Virus record (IMG/VR): IMGVR_UViG_3300021964_000054
Span: 582 to 64,581 of that record
Direction: 5' to 3' (one strand)
DNA length: 64,000 nucleotides
Source: a virus
Taxonomy: Duplodnaviria; Caudoviricetes
Made by a program: the position numbers and the translations under genes. Within the stretch, counting starts at the first letter, position 1. Every line of letters starts with the position of its first letter. The notes beneath the pieces are model-generated. The model had not been told where the DNA came from, ran no database searches, and saw only the letters and a program-made list of their open reading frames with translations. Positions 1 to 9,035 of this stretch are shown here, piece after piece.

Positions 1-44
1 TTCCCAAAGTGGGCAATTTGTAAAAACTATTTAAATAAGTAGAT

Positions 45-314
45 ATGACAGCAATGGAGGAATTGATTGAATTTATTAATGTTGAATTTTATGCAGACCA
101 AAGAATTTGGAATAAACTTGACGAACTAGAAAACCAACTCTTAACCAAAGAAGCTCAACAACGTGAGGAACTTTACGAACAAGGACAGGTAGACCTAATC
201 AACGAAATAAAAGATAAGGTAGCACATTTGTTGGACAGAGATAATAACTCTGGTATAGACTTGGCTGCTGATCTGATTAATCTATTAAAGAATCTTAAAC
301 CAAAACAAAGATGA
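45..314 (+). CDS. hypothetical protein
   Basis: 89-aa ORF, ATGA overlap with next gene. Confidence 0.7.
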   Translation: MTAMEELIEFINVEFYADQRIWNKLDELENQLLTKEAQQREELYEQGQVDLINEIKDKVAHLLDRDNNSGIDLAADLINLLKNLKPKQR

Positions 315-967
315 GTAAAGAAGAAGCAATAAAGTTTAAGCCCAACTATGTTGGAAGCGCAGCTGTTGATTCAGGACAGCTTATGATTTGTGATCCTTCT
401 TACATTGAAGATCAATGGAAAGAAGAAGAATTCAAATTTGACGAAAGAGGATGTCAAGATCCTAAGACAGGTGAAAAACTTTACTATGGTAAGGATTTTC
501 CAAATTATGCTGAGATAATACCAAAGCATGGTAAATCTATGAATGACTTGATGAAGGAAGATGGGTGGGTTCAATTACCTTATCCTGAAGCTGAATATGG
601 TTTTAGCTATTATGCTTGTTGCAAGCAAACGCTTGAAGGTCACGGAGCTGGACCTCTTTCATTTAAAGCAGGACATGCCGGTGCAGGTGTTGCATTTAGA
701 ACAGCATGGGGTGATGGTTATTATCCTGTTTATCAGAAACACGATGAAGAAGGTGAACTGCTTTCTGTTGAAGTTGTATTTGATGCCGGTCTTATGGATG
801 AGTACAATGATTTAATCCAAGAAGGAGAAGATGATACTTATCCACCTCATCAATTAAGAATCTATACAGATTTTGATGAGACAGATGGAAAGATTGTGTT
901 CAATGAAGAAGCAATGCGCGAAGATTTTGAACATAAAATTGCACAAATGAAAAAAAAGTTTGAATAA
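311..967 (+). CDS. DUF4241-like protein
   Basis: VDSGQLMICDP and FRTAWGDGYYPVY motifs. Confidence 0.6.
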   Translation: MSKEEAIKFKPNYVGSAAVDSGQLMICDPSYIEDQWKEEEFKFDERGCQDPKTGEKLYYGKDFPNYAEIIPKHGKSMNDLMKEDGWVQLPYPEAEYGFSYYACCKQTLEGHGAGPLSFKAGHAGAGVAFRTAWGDGYYPVYQKHDEEGELLSVEVVFDAGLMDEYNDLIQEGEDDTYPPHQLRIYTDFDETDGKIVFNEEAMREDFEHKIAQMKKKFE

Positions 968-1365
968 TGAGTCACCCACTACATCACAGTATCTCCTCAG
1001 TTAAAAAATGGGGAGGTACTGAAGAAGATTATTTACCAATACATAATTGGTTTGACGAAACAAAAGCACACTATCCTGATATGAGACACAGAGTACTGCG
1101 TCATCATGCTGAAGGTATATTTTGGTGTGAGAAAGAATTTGGCGTATACATAGTAAACTCTGATGGTAAAAAAGTACCAGTGAGAGCTATAGGTGAACAA
1201 CATTGTATGGAAGATCTTGGATGGATTCCTACAATTAAAGATTATTTGGACAACATGGAAGTTGTAGGCTGGATGTTTAAACCAGGTGAAGGCAGAAAGT
1301 TGATGAAACAAATAAGAGAAGATAAACTAGATTATGTAAAAACTGATAAACCCACATTACCATGA
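967..1365 (+). CDS. DUF6915-like His-rich protein
   Basis: HPLHHS..S.KKWGG..DY..IHNWFD.TK..DMRHR.LRHH.EGIF..E..FG pattern. Confidence 0.75.
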   Translation: MSHPLHHSISSVKKWGGTEEDYLPIHNWFDETKAHYPDMRHRVLRHHAEGIFWCEKEFGVYIVNSDGKKVPVRAIGEQHCMEDLGWIPTIKDYLDNMEVVGWMFKPGEGRKLMKQIREDKLDYVKTDKPTLP

Positions 1366-2048
1366 GTAGAATAAAAGAAGCATTTGCTTGGTTTGATGAG
1401 CAAGCAAAAGAAGGAAAAGAACTTTCCATCTGTTGGGAAGGCGGAGGAGATTCTGGATGGGCATATTTCACCCTTGATGGAAGCAATATTGAAAATGAGC
1501 ACACAGAGCTTGTAGTTGATCTAATGTATGAGAACCTTGATTATGGTTCTTGGGCTGGAGAGTTTTATGCTTCCGGTGAGGCAGTGTATGATCCTGATGA
1601 AAAGGCTTTTGAAGGTATTGACACCTACGGAAGTGATGAAAGTAACTACCTAGAGCTTACAGACAATCCTATTGTATTTGAGATTCCAAAACACTTTGCA
1701 TTTGATCTTCTTGCTATAATGACAGAAGATGAAAACTGTAATACTCAAGCTGATTTTGCAGGAATGAACAGATTTAAAAGACCTGATGAGTCTGAATTTC
1801 TTAATGGTCTTTCTGAAAAGATTCGATCAGAAATACTTGATAGAATTGATAAGTATGAGAGCTCCTCAAAAGCAAGTGGAAATGAAATTAATAGTTTTTG
1901 GAATGAATACACTCTTCGCAGATCTGAAATGAGTGATAATGGTGATACATATATTGCTGTTATGAATGAGATTCACTTTTATGAAACAGAGTCTGAAGAA
2001 AGAAATATGCGAATAGAGTTAGAGACAATGTTAGAAAATGCAATATAG
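1362..2048 (+). CDS. acidic hypothetical protein, DUF6878-like
   Basis: WEGGGDSG motif; overlaps the DUF6915-like gene. Confidence 0.5.
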   Translation: MSRIKEAFAWFDEQAKEGKELSICWEGGGDSGWAYFTLDGSNIENEHTELVVDLMYENLDYGSWAGEFYASGEAVYDPDEKAFEGIDTYGSDESNYLELTDNPIVFEIPKHFAFDLLAIMTEDENCNTQADFAGMNRFKRPDESEFLNGLSEKIRSEILDRIDKYESSSKASGNEINSFWNEYTLRRSEMSDNGDTYIAVMNEIHFYETESEERNMRIELETMLENAI

Positions 2049-2784
2049 TATGGAAGGATTAGATTTTAATAGTATCCCAACTTTCACTTGTGAAGGTGTG
2101 GAAATGCCAAAAGAAAGAGCTGTCCAAATATGGAAGCTTACTTACAAAACAATTGAAGAGTTTGTAAAAGAAGTTATCAGTGGAAACCCAGCATTAAATC
2201 AGATACTTGGATATATTTCTGATAACTGGGATGATGCTGAAGAAGTGACTTTTGAAGAGTGCTTTAAAGAGCCTAATATTGAAATTAGAAGGCTTTTATT
2301 TAGAGGAATTGGAATGGAAGTGATGATGAAAGAGTTGAAACCTGAACTTTTAGGTAAAGAAACTCTTATTCACAAGCAGATAAAATGGGATGACGACAAT
2401 GATCAGCTAGATGAAGTTACTCACAACAAGGAAGTTTATGAGCTTTATAAAATAGAAGGTACAAAGTTTCGCTCAGAAAAAGAGTTAGAAGGAAAAGATG
2501 AATGGGAAATAAGAAGAATGAACTATGATACAGTTTATGCTGTAAGATGTTGGTGTTGTTCAACTGATAGAGAATATTGGATTTACGTTCCTGAACATGC
2601 TTGTAAAAACTTTGATCCTATTGAAGCTATTGCTTGGACTGTAAGGCTAAATTATACTGATCCATTGTTTATTATGAGGCAAGGTGATGTCATTATTGCC
2701 AAAAATAGTCCAACATCAGTAGAATGTGCTCCTTATCATTTAGACAAGGAAACATATAGTCAACTGTTAGTAGCGGCATCATAA
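2038..2784 (+). CDS. DUF6745-like protein with C-terminal RQGDV motif
   Basis: EPNIEIRRL...GME; VRCWCCSTDREYWIYVP...EAIAWT. Confidence 0.6.
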   Translation: MQYSMEGLDFNSIPTFTCEGVEMPKERAVQIWKLTYKTIEEFVKEVISGNPALNQILGYISDNWDDAEEVTFEECFKEPNIEIRRLLFRGIGMEVMMKELKPELLGKETLIHKQIKWDDDNDQLDEVTHNKEVYELYKIEGTKFRSEKELEGKDEWEIRRMNYDTVYAVRCWCCSTDREYWIYVPEHACKNFDPIEAIAWTVRLNYTDPLFIMRQGDVIIAKNSPTSVECAPYHLDKETYSQLLVAAS

Positions 2785-2798
2785 ATAAAATTTTAAAT

Positions 2799-3050
2799 AT
2801 GAGAAAAATTAATAAACTTCAATTAACTCCTGGAGGAGCTCCAGAGAAGCATATTTTGAAATCAAAAACTGATTTTCAATATGCAAGCATTACACCGGAT
2901 GGTCAATCTATTCTTTTTGAATTGAAAAATCCTGCTGTAATAACACATGATGAACACGACAAGATAGTTCTTGATCAAGGTGTTTATGTAAAGACTAACC
3001 AAGTGGAGTTTAATCCATTTACAAAACGTATTGATTATGTCTTTGACTAA
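2799..3050 (+). CDS. small beta-rich partner of DUF6745-like protein
   Basis: ITHDEHDKIVL..GVY....QVEFNP motif. Confidence 0.65.
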   Translation: MRKINKLQLTPGGAPEKHILKSKTDFQYASITPDGQSILFELKNPAVITHDEHDKIVLDQGVYVKTNQVEFNPFTKRIDYVFD

Positions 3051-3219
3051 CTATAAATTCATTTGTGAAGAATGTGGTACAAATTATTCTTCCTCTCAAA
3101 AAGAACCGCCACCAGGAATACTTTGGTCTGATGGACATAGATGCAAACCTGTACCAAAAGACGAAAGAGCTAATATTCACAAAGGATTGAATTATGGGAA
3201 AGAAGAAAGGGAGCTATAA
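3037..3219 (+). CDS. small putative Zn-binding protein
   Basis: CEEC...HRC; ATG at 3037 preferred over TTG at 3031. Confidence 0.55.
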   Translation: MSLTNYKFICEECGTNYSSSQKEPPPGILWSDGHRCKPVPKDERANIHKGLNYGKEEREL

Positions 3220-3233
3220 AACTCCCTTTTTTT
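3206..3233 (+). terminator. intrinsic terminator
   Basis: AAAGGGAG-ctataaaa-CTCCCTTT followed by T-tract. Confidence 0.8.
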
Positions 3234-3319
3234 CTCCTTTCTTTAATGTAAAATAAGTATGGTTATCGCCAAATATTGGAACTAATCTAACTCTTATTTT
3301 GTAATTTAGCAAGAAAAAG

Positions 3320-3829
3320 ATGGCAAAAGAATTGAAAAAAGCTCTTTATCTAGATGACAAAAGAGTCCCAGTTAAAACTATTCCTGGTCATGAAGACTGG
3401 GTAGTAGTAAAAAATTTTGATGAGTTTAAGGATTACATTTTAGAAAATGGTATTCCTGATTATATCTCATTTGAGCACGACTTGCATGAAGAGCATGTAC
3501 AAGATTATGTAAATTATCAAGGACAAGGTATTATGGCTATAAATTATGGTGATTTTACTGTTGAAACAGGTCTTGACTGTTTAAAATGGTTGTGTGAACA
3601 TATTCAAGAAGATCATGAAAAAGGTGAAGGAAAACTTAAGCTTAATCTTGTTGGTATCCATAGCTTTAACAATCTGGGTGTTGAGAACTTACGCCACATG
3701 GCTAATAGTTTTAAAGAACATATGGGTTGGGCTGCTGATGCTTTTATAGCAAAGCCTGAATTTAATATTCCAGGAAAAGACAGACCACCTGATCTTGTTG
3801 AGATAGAGAAACCAAAAATAATTTTATAA
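3320..3829 (+). CDS. cyclic-phosphate processing receiver (cREC)-like protein
   Basis: LYLDDKR, ISFEHDL, TGLDCLKWL, IHSFN..G motifs. Confidence 0.75.
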   Translation: MAKELKKALYLDDKRVPVKTIPGHEDWVVVKNFDEFKDYILENGIPDYISFEHDLHEEHVQDYVNYQGQGIMAINYGDFTVETGLDCLKWLCEHIQEDHEKGEGKLKLNLVGIHSFNNLGVENLRHMANSFKEHMGWAADAFIAKPEFNIPGKDRPPDLVEIEKPKIIL

Positions 3830-4197
3830 TGGAAATAGAAAAAGGATCAGCTCAAGTAGAAATTGCAGGTCCATTTGGCTCTGTATTCCTCTATGCTGAA
3901 GAAGGCAAAGGGATAATAGGAGCTCTGCATAGAGCTTTAAGTAAAGAAAAAAGGTGGAATGATCCTGATTATTTGTCAAGGATAATATTCTGCCAAATGG
4001 TTCCTGAAAAAGAATGGAACGGAACCAATAATTTTGGTATAGGGACTGAAATGTATGCAAATATTGACATTTTTGTTACAATTGATACTATCACTGAAAA
4101 TATCACAATACAAGCTAGAGGATCTAGTCTTCAAGATAGATATAAAATGAGTTTTAAGCATTTTATAGATAGCTTTACTAGTAATGCTAGATTGTAG
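3829..4197 (+). CDS. hypothetical phage protein
   Basis: 122 aa, TAATG coupling, RWNDPDYLSRIIF. Confidence 0.7.
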   Translation: MEIEKGSAQVEIAGPFGSVFLYAEEGKGIIGALHRALSKEKRWNDPDYLSRIIFCQMVPEKEWNGTNNFGIGTEMYANIDIFVTIDTITENITIQARGSSLQDRYKMSFKHFIDSFTSNARL

Positions 4198-4293
4198 CTA
4201 TATAGTGCAATAAAAAGAAAACTTTGTTGCACTAATAAACACAACTCTCAGAAAATTAATCTATTTTAGTGAGCATATTAAAATGCACACAAA

Positions 4294-4569
4294 ATGTTAA
4301 TTCAATTAGCCAATGGTAAATGTATTGAATTATCAGTTGAGCAATACTTAAGATTGTCTGACCAGGATTTAAAAGAACTAGAATCAATGAATTGGGGAGA
4401 AGAAATCAATGATCCATTTGCAATAAGCGTATTGAAATATGGACCATCTAAAAGATCTCAAACCAATCATGAAGAGGATAATGAAATTGAACCTGATTTA
4501 AATGACATATCTGATCAAGAAAAGCTCTCTGATAGTGATTTCATTGATACTGACAATATAGAAGTATGA
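4294..4569 (+). CDS. hypothetical acidic protein
   Basis: 91-aa ORF with AT-rich leader. Confidence 0.7.
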   Translation: MLIQLANGKCIELSVEQYLRLSDQDLKELESMNWGEEINDPFAISVLKYGPSKRSQTNHEEDNEIEPDLNDISDQEKLSDSDFIDTDNIEV

Positions 4570-4595
4570 TTTTCTGAGTTTAAAAGACATCAGAT

Positions 4596-5051
4596 ATGAA
4601 GCCAAAACTAAAAATGTGTGCTGGTTGTGACCAAATGAAGCTCATTTGGAAGAACCATGAAGGGCAAAAGTATTGCAAAGATTGTTGGGGAAGAATTAAA
4701 TCCTCAACTACAATTCAACTTTTAGCCAAGCGTCCAATTTTTAAGAAGGACGCATTCAAAAAAATCAAAACTGTTTCTGATAAGAAAAAAGCTGAAGATG
4801 TTATTTACAGCAAATTGCGTAAAGACTTCTTAGATAAACCTGAAAACTCTACATGTAGAGCTAAAATGCCAGGATGTTTAGGAGTATTTAAACAAGATTT
4901 GACTGTTCACCATATGAAAGGTAGAGGTAAATATTATCTTGACACTTCTACATGGATACCTTTATGTTTATCTTGTCATGAGTGGGTAGAAACTCACCCA
5001 AAAGAAGCAAGGGAAATGGGATTTTCTGGATCTAAAATTTCAGATGAGTAG
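4596..5051 (+). CDS. Zn-finger/HNH-like endonuclease
   Basis: N-terminal CxxC..CxxC; C.....GC...VHHMKGRG...LCLSCH. Confidence 0.7.
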   Translation: MKPKLKMCAGCDQMKLIWKNHEGQKYCKDCWGRIKSSTTIQLLAKRPIFKKDAFKKIKTVSDKKKAEDVIYSKLRKDFLDKPENSTCRAKMPGCLGVFKQDLTVHHMKGRGKYYLDTSTWIPLCLSCHEWVETHPKEAREMGFSGSKISDE

Positions 5052-5129
5052 ATTTAATACCTCACCCCCCATTCAAACCACCAATAAACAAAAGAAAAGT
5101 TTAACTTTAACTGACTAAAACTTAAAAAT

Positions 5130-5384
5130 ATGAATAAGAAATTTGTTGGCTATTTTATCATTGGAGCTAAAACAAAAGAAGAAGCTCAAAAAGGAAAAGG
5201 ATTAAAAGCATGGTCTACTAAAAAGCCTAATATAATTGTAAGATTCTTCAATAGAATTTTGCTAAATATTAGATGGGTAGACTCAATCAATACTATTAGT
5301 AAAAAATATGAGCCAAAGAGAGAACATCCAAAAGAAGGCCCTAAAAGAACTAGAAGGTCAACATCGCGCAGGTCTAGGGATTAG
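5130..5384 (+). CDS. hypothetical basic protein
   Basis: 84-aa ORF; 3' end overlaps the helicase by 77 nt. Confidence 0.5.
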   Translation: MNKKFVGYFIIGAKTKEEAQKGKGLKAWSTKKPNIIVRFFNRILLNIRWVDSINTISKKYEPKREHPKEGPKRTRRSTSRRSRD

Positions 5385-6405
5385 CATGGGTGTAGGTAAA
5401 ACCTACATTGGATTGCAACACATGGAAAAAGAATATCACTATGGTGCTAGAAAATTCTTAGTTGTTGCTCCAAAGAAATCTATATTCCAAAGTTGGAAAG
5501 ATGATGCTGAAAAGTTTAATCTTTCTCACATTATGGAGTATGTAACATTTACAACATACTTATCTCTTAAAAAGCAATCAACAGACTATGATGTTATTTA
5601 TTTAGATGAGTGTCATAGTTTGCTAAATTCTCATGATTTTTATCTCTCAATGTATGGAGGGAAGATATTAGGTTTGACCGGTACTCCTCCTAGATATAAG
5701 AATTCTGAGAAAGGTAAAATGGTAGAAAAATACTGCCCAATTGTATATAAATACATTGCAGATGATGCCATTGGAGATGAGATATTAAATGACTATAACA
5801 TCATTGTGCATAGACTTCCTTTAGATAAAAGAAGAACTATGCAAGTGAAAACAAAGACTGGAAGTTTTTTTACTAGTGAGCAATCTAGTTATGATTACTG
5901 GACCAATAGAATAGATCAGTCTTTTATAACTCCTAAACAAAGACAAATATTTAGGATAATGAGAATGAAAGCTATGATGGAATTTCCATCTAAAGAAGCT
6001 TATGCCAAAAGACTACTTGAAATGCAGCATGAAAAGACTATTGTTTTTTGTAACACAATAGAACAAGCTGATCAAATGTGTAAACATAGTTATCACAGCA
6101 AGAATAAAGATAATGATGAGAACCTGGATTTATTTAAATCAGGGAAAATTGAACAGCTATCTTGTGTTCTTCAATTAAGTGAAGGTATAAATGTTCCAGA
6201 TTTGAGATGCGGAATAATCCTGCATTCTTATAGTAATGAGAGAAAGAGTAGTCAAAGAATAGGTAGAATGCTTAGACTAAATCCAAAAGATAAAGCTACA
6301 ATTCATATTCTAATGTATGAAGACACTGTTGATGAAGACTGGGTCACAAAAGCATTGAAAGAATGGGATGAAAGTAAGATAATCTTAATGGATCCAATTA
6401 TTTAA
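5308..6405 (+). CDS. superfamily 2 (DExH) helicase
   Basis: MGVGKT, DECH, LTGT, EGINVP, QRIGRMLR. Confidence 0.9.
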   Translation: MSQRENIQKKALKELEGQHRAGLGISMGVGKTYIGLQHMEKEYHYGARKFLVVAPKKSIFQSWKDDAEKFNLSHIMEYVTFTTYLSLKKQSTDYDVIYLDECHSLLNSHDFYLSMYGGKILGLTGTPPRYKNSEKGKMVEKYCPIVYKYIADDAIGDEILNDYNIIVHRLPLDKRRTMQVKTKTGSFFTSEQSSYDYWTNRIDQSFITPKQRQIFRIMRMKAMMEFPSKEAYAKRLLEMQHEKTIVFCNTIEQADQMCKHSYHSKNKDNDENLDLFKSGKIEQLSCVLQLSEGINVPDLRCGIILHSYSNERKSSQRIGRMLRLNPKDKATIHILMYEDTVDEDWVTKALKEWDESKIILMDPII

Positions 6406-6407
6406 TT

Positions 6408-6797
6408 ATGCATAATATAATACTTAAACTTAAAATTGATGAAGATGGCCAATTGATTCCTGCTAATGAAGTAGAGAAATCAAAGTTAAAAGCATTTGCA
6501 GCATCAGCAAAAAGTGAAGATACGCTTGATGCGTTTATTACTGTAATTGATGGCAATGCTAAAACATTAGGTCAACTTGCAAAAGTGCATGTATTAATGC
6601 GCGAATTGGCAAATGAAACAGGGCATACACTTGATGAGATGAAAAGTTTTGTCAAGGAAAAAGCCGGTTTAATAGAACTAGATGAAGCTGGATATAAAGT
6701 TTTAAAAAGCTTTGCAGAATGTAGCAAAGGAGAACTTTCTAAAGCAATTCAAGAATGTATAGCTATAGGAGATGAAATTGGATGTTACCTTTATTGA
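6408..6797 (+). CDS. NinB/Orf-like protein
   Basis: TLGQLAKVH..MRELA.ETGHT.DEMK...KSFAECSK.ELS pattern. Confidence 0.5.
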   Translation: MHNIILKLKIDEDGQLIPANEVEKSKLKAFAASAKSEDTLDAFITVIDGNAKTLGQLAKVHVLMRELANETGHTLDEMKSFVKEKAGLIELDEAGYKVLKSFAECSKGELSKAIQECIAIGDEIGCYLY

Positions 6798-7141
6798 GTA
6801 TCATCCAATTTTAGTTTCTTTTTGAGATCGCCAACAGTGGTTTCTTCCAGATGGCCTTGTTCTTCAGCTTTAGTTTCAATCTCTTTACAGAGGATTATCA
6901 TTGTTTCATAATGATAAATCCAATCATCTTTGATTTCTTGATTTCTAATTTGTTGTACAGCCTCTTTTATTTCTTTTGCAGATTTTCCATCTAAAATGCT
7001 ATAAAGAAGGAGTTGCAATCTTCTATAATATCCTGTACTAACTTTAAGATCAATAAGTGAATCCTCTTTGATTACACTAATTGACTGATTATCATCAGAA
7101 TCATCTGGAACTAGGTCTTTTATTAACTTATCGTCATTCAT
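6791..7141 (-). CDS. hypothetical protein (116 aa), lone antisense gene
   Basis: ATG at 7141 (MNDDKLIK); the upstream extension in the ORF track is antisense low-complexity; TATATTTG lies upstream. Confidence 0.7.
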   Translation of the reverse strand: MNDDKLIKDLVPDDSDDNQSISVIKEDSLIDLKVSTGYYRRLQLLLYSILDGKSAKEIKEAVQQIRNQEIKDDWIYHYETMIILCKEIETKAEEQGHLEETTVGDLKKKLKLDDTQ

Positions 7142-7147
7142 AATAAC

Positions 7148-7166
7148 TATGTTTGCATCAAATATA
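7148..7166. promoter_or_regulatory. face-to-face pair of Bacteroidota -7 elements (TAnnTTTG)
   Basis: + TATGTTTG 7148-7155; - TATATTTG 7159-7166; lies between divergent genes. Confidence 0.55.
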
Positions 7167-7172
7167 CAAAAA

Positions 7173-7298
7173 ATGAAAATAGTAAAAGTAAAATTAAGCG
7201 AAATAACAGCTGATCCAAATTTAAATTTGTCAGCAAAATATTGGATAAAGAAAAAAAGCAAGAAAAATGGAAAGCAAAAAAGTAAAAATAAATCCTAG
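7173..7298 (+). CDS. 41-aa small ORF (not in ORF track)
   Basis: MKIVKVKLSEITADPNLNLSAKYWIKKKSKKNGKQKSKNKS; fills gap and overlaps UDG start. Confidence 0.45.
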   Translation: MKIVKVKLSEITADPNLNLSAKYWIKKKSKKNGKQKSKNKS

Positions 7299-8004
7299 TG
7301 AGGTAAGTGACAAATTGTATAACGTTCTTAAGGAATCTAATACAGGTTGGCATAATTTATTAAAAGGATTTCTGTTGTCTAAAGATTTTGTAAACATATT
7401 GTCTACATTAGAAAATCTTGTCAATGATGATAAACGATTTACACCTCCTCTTAAGGATGTGTTTAGGGCATTTACAGAATGTCCTCTAGATAAGTTAAGA
7501 GTTGTAGTTGTAGGTCAAGATCCTTATCCACAGCTTGGAGTAGCAGATGGTATTGCATTTAGCTGCAGCAAGAAAGATAAGAAAGAAGCATCACTGAGAT
7601 ACATACACAAGGCAATTGCTAAAACTGTCTACAATGATGAAGTAGACTTTAACAGTTTATCCAATGACCTTTCAACTTGGTCAAACCAGGGAATACTTAT
7701 GCTTAACACAGCTCTCACATGTGAGGTTAAAAAAATAGGAACTCATATTGACATATGGAGTCCTTTTATAGCCTATCTGTTTGATATGTTAAACTCTGGA
7801 GATCAAGAATTGATTTTTGTCTTCTTGGGTAAAAAAGCTCAAGGATATGAAGATTTAGTTGATGACATCACACACTTTATATTAAGAGCATCTCATCCAG
7901 CATCAGCTGCTTATAATAAACAAAAAGAGTGGGATTGTAGTGATGTTTTTAACAAAGTTAATGGAATTTTAGAGGCCCGTGAATGGCCTAAAATTATTTG
8001 GTAA
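7267..8004 (+). CDS. ung: uracil-DNA glycosylase, family 1
   Basis: VVGQDPYP, GIAFS, QGILMLN, SHPAS. Confidence 0.93.
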   Translation: MESKKVKINPSEVSDKLYNVLKESNTGWHNLLKGFLLSKDFVNILSTLENLVNDDKRFTPPLKDVFRAFTECPLDKLRVVVVGQDPYPQLGVADGIAFSCSKKDKKEASLRYIHKAIAKTVYNDEVDFNSLSNDLSTWSNQGILMLNTALTCEVKKIGTHIDIWSPFIAYLFDMLNSGDQELIFVFLGKKAQGYEDLVDDITHFILRASHPASAAYNKQKEWDCSDVFNKVNGILEAREWPKIIW

Positions 8005-8044
8005 ATAGACTGATTTTCAGTATTTTTACATACACAAAAATCAT

Positions 8045-9025
8045 ATGAGTATACCAATTTTAAACAAGCCTTGGAAGAGGATAGGAGATGTATTGCAAGA
8101 AAGTATCGACTATATTCAAAAGAAGGCTGCAGGTATTATCAAATCTCTAAAAACTAGATGGAAACAATTCAATTCTATTGGTCTTAATGGTATTGAATGG
8201 CAATCTTTGTATGTATTGGCCGCAAGACCTGGTGTTGGTAAAACACTAATTGCAGCTACTATTGCAAGAGATCTTCCTAAGTTAAACAGAGATCAAGAAT
8301 TTGCGATTTTACATTTTCAATTTGAAATGTTGGGCAGAAACATGGGTATAAGAGAGTTATCTGCCGCAAACAATCTGGATGTTAGATACATTCAATCTGC
8401 AGAAGATGATGGTATGCCTCCTTTGTCAGAAGGAGATTTAGATAAACTTAAGAAGTATGCTGAATCTCAAAAAGATAGAGAAGAGTATGTCATTGACAAA
8501 GTCAGTACAGTTAATCAGATGAAAGAGTACATATATGCTTTTTACAAAGATAAAAAAATGCCAATGGTTGTAACTCTTGATCACACTTTGTTGGTAAAAC
8601 AAGGTGCATCAGAAACTCACCGGCAACAGACACTGCAGAATTTAGCAACAATGATGACTGAGGTAAAGAATGATTTACCTGTCACATTTATTGTCTTAAC
8701 ACAGCTTAATCGTGAGATTGATGATGCAGAAAGACAAAAACCAGGTAAATTATCAAACTATCCTACAGAAGCTGATGTGTATGGTAGTGATTATTTACTT
8801 CAATGTGCGGATGTAATGATTGCATACAACAGACCAGCTAAATACAATTTAGCACAATATGGTCCGCAAAAGTTTGCAATTGAACCAAAAGACAAGTTTT
8901 TACTTGCAGCACATGTTATAAAGAATAGATTTGGAGTAACAAGCATTCAATGGTATAAAGCAAATTATGCTACAATGTCTATTGAAGAAGCTCCAACACC
9001 AAAATCAGCATCATTTACAAGTTAA
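8045..9025 (+). CDS. DnaB-like replicative helicase (ATPase domain only)
   Basis: ARPGVGKT, FEM, LDH, LTQLNR, ADV, KNRFG. Confidence 0.9.
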   Translation: MSIPILNKPWKRIGDVLQESIDYIQKKAAGIIKSLKTRWKQFNSIGLNGIEWQSLYVLAARPGVGKTLIAATIARDLPKLNRDQEFAILHFQFEMLGRNMGIRELSAANNLDVRYIQSAEDDGMPPLSEGDLDKLKKYAESQKDREEYVIDKVSTVNQMKEYIYAFYKDKKMPMVVTLDHTLLVKQGASETHRQQTLQNLATMMTEVKNDLPVTFIVLTQLNREIDDAERQKPGKLSNYPTEADVYGSDYLLQCADVMIAYNRPAKYNLAQYGPQKFAIEPKDKFLLAAHVIKNRFGVTSIQWYKANYATMSIEEAPTPKSASFTS

Positions 9026-9035
9026 ATTATTAATT

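Noticed and set aside
5065-5070. C6 tract as phase-variation site
   Set aside because: Too short, with no supporting context.
7142-7424. N-terminal extension of 6791-7261 and - strand ORFs 7147-7353 and 7230-7424
   Set aside because: Phe-rich antisense of A-rich + strand sequence; better start at 7141.
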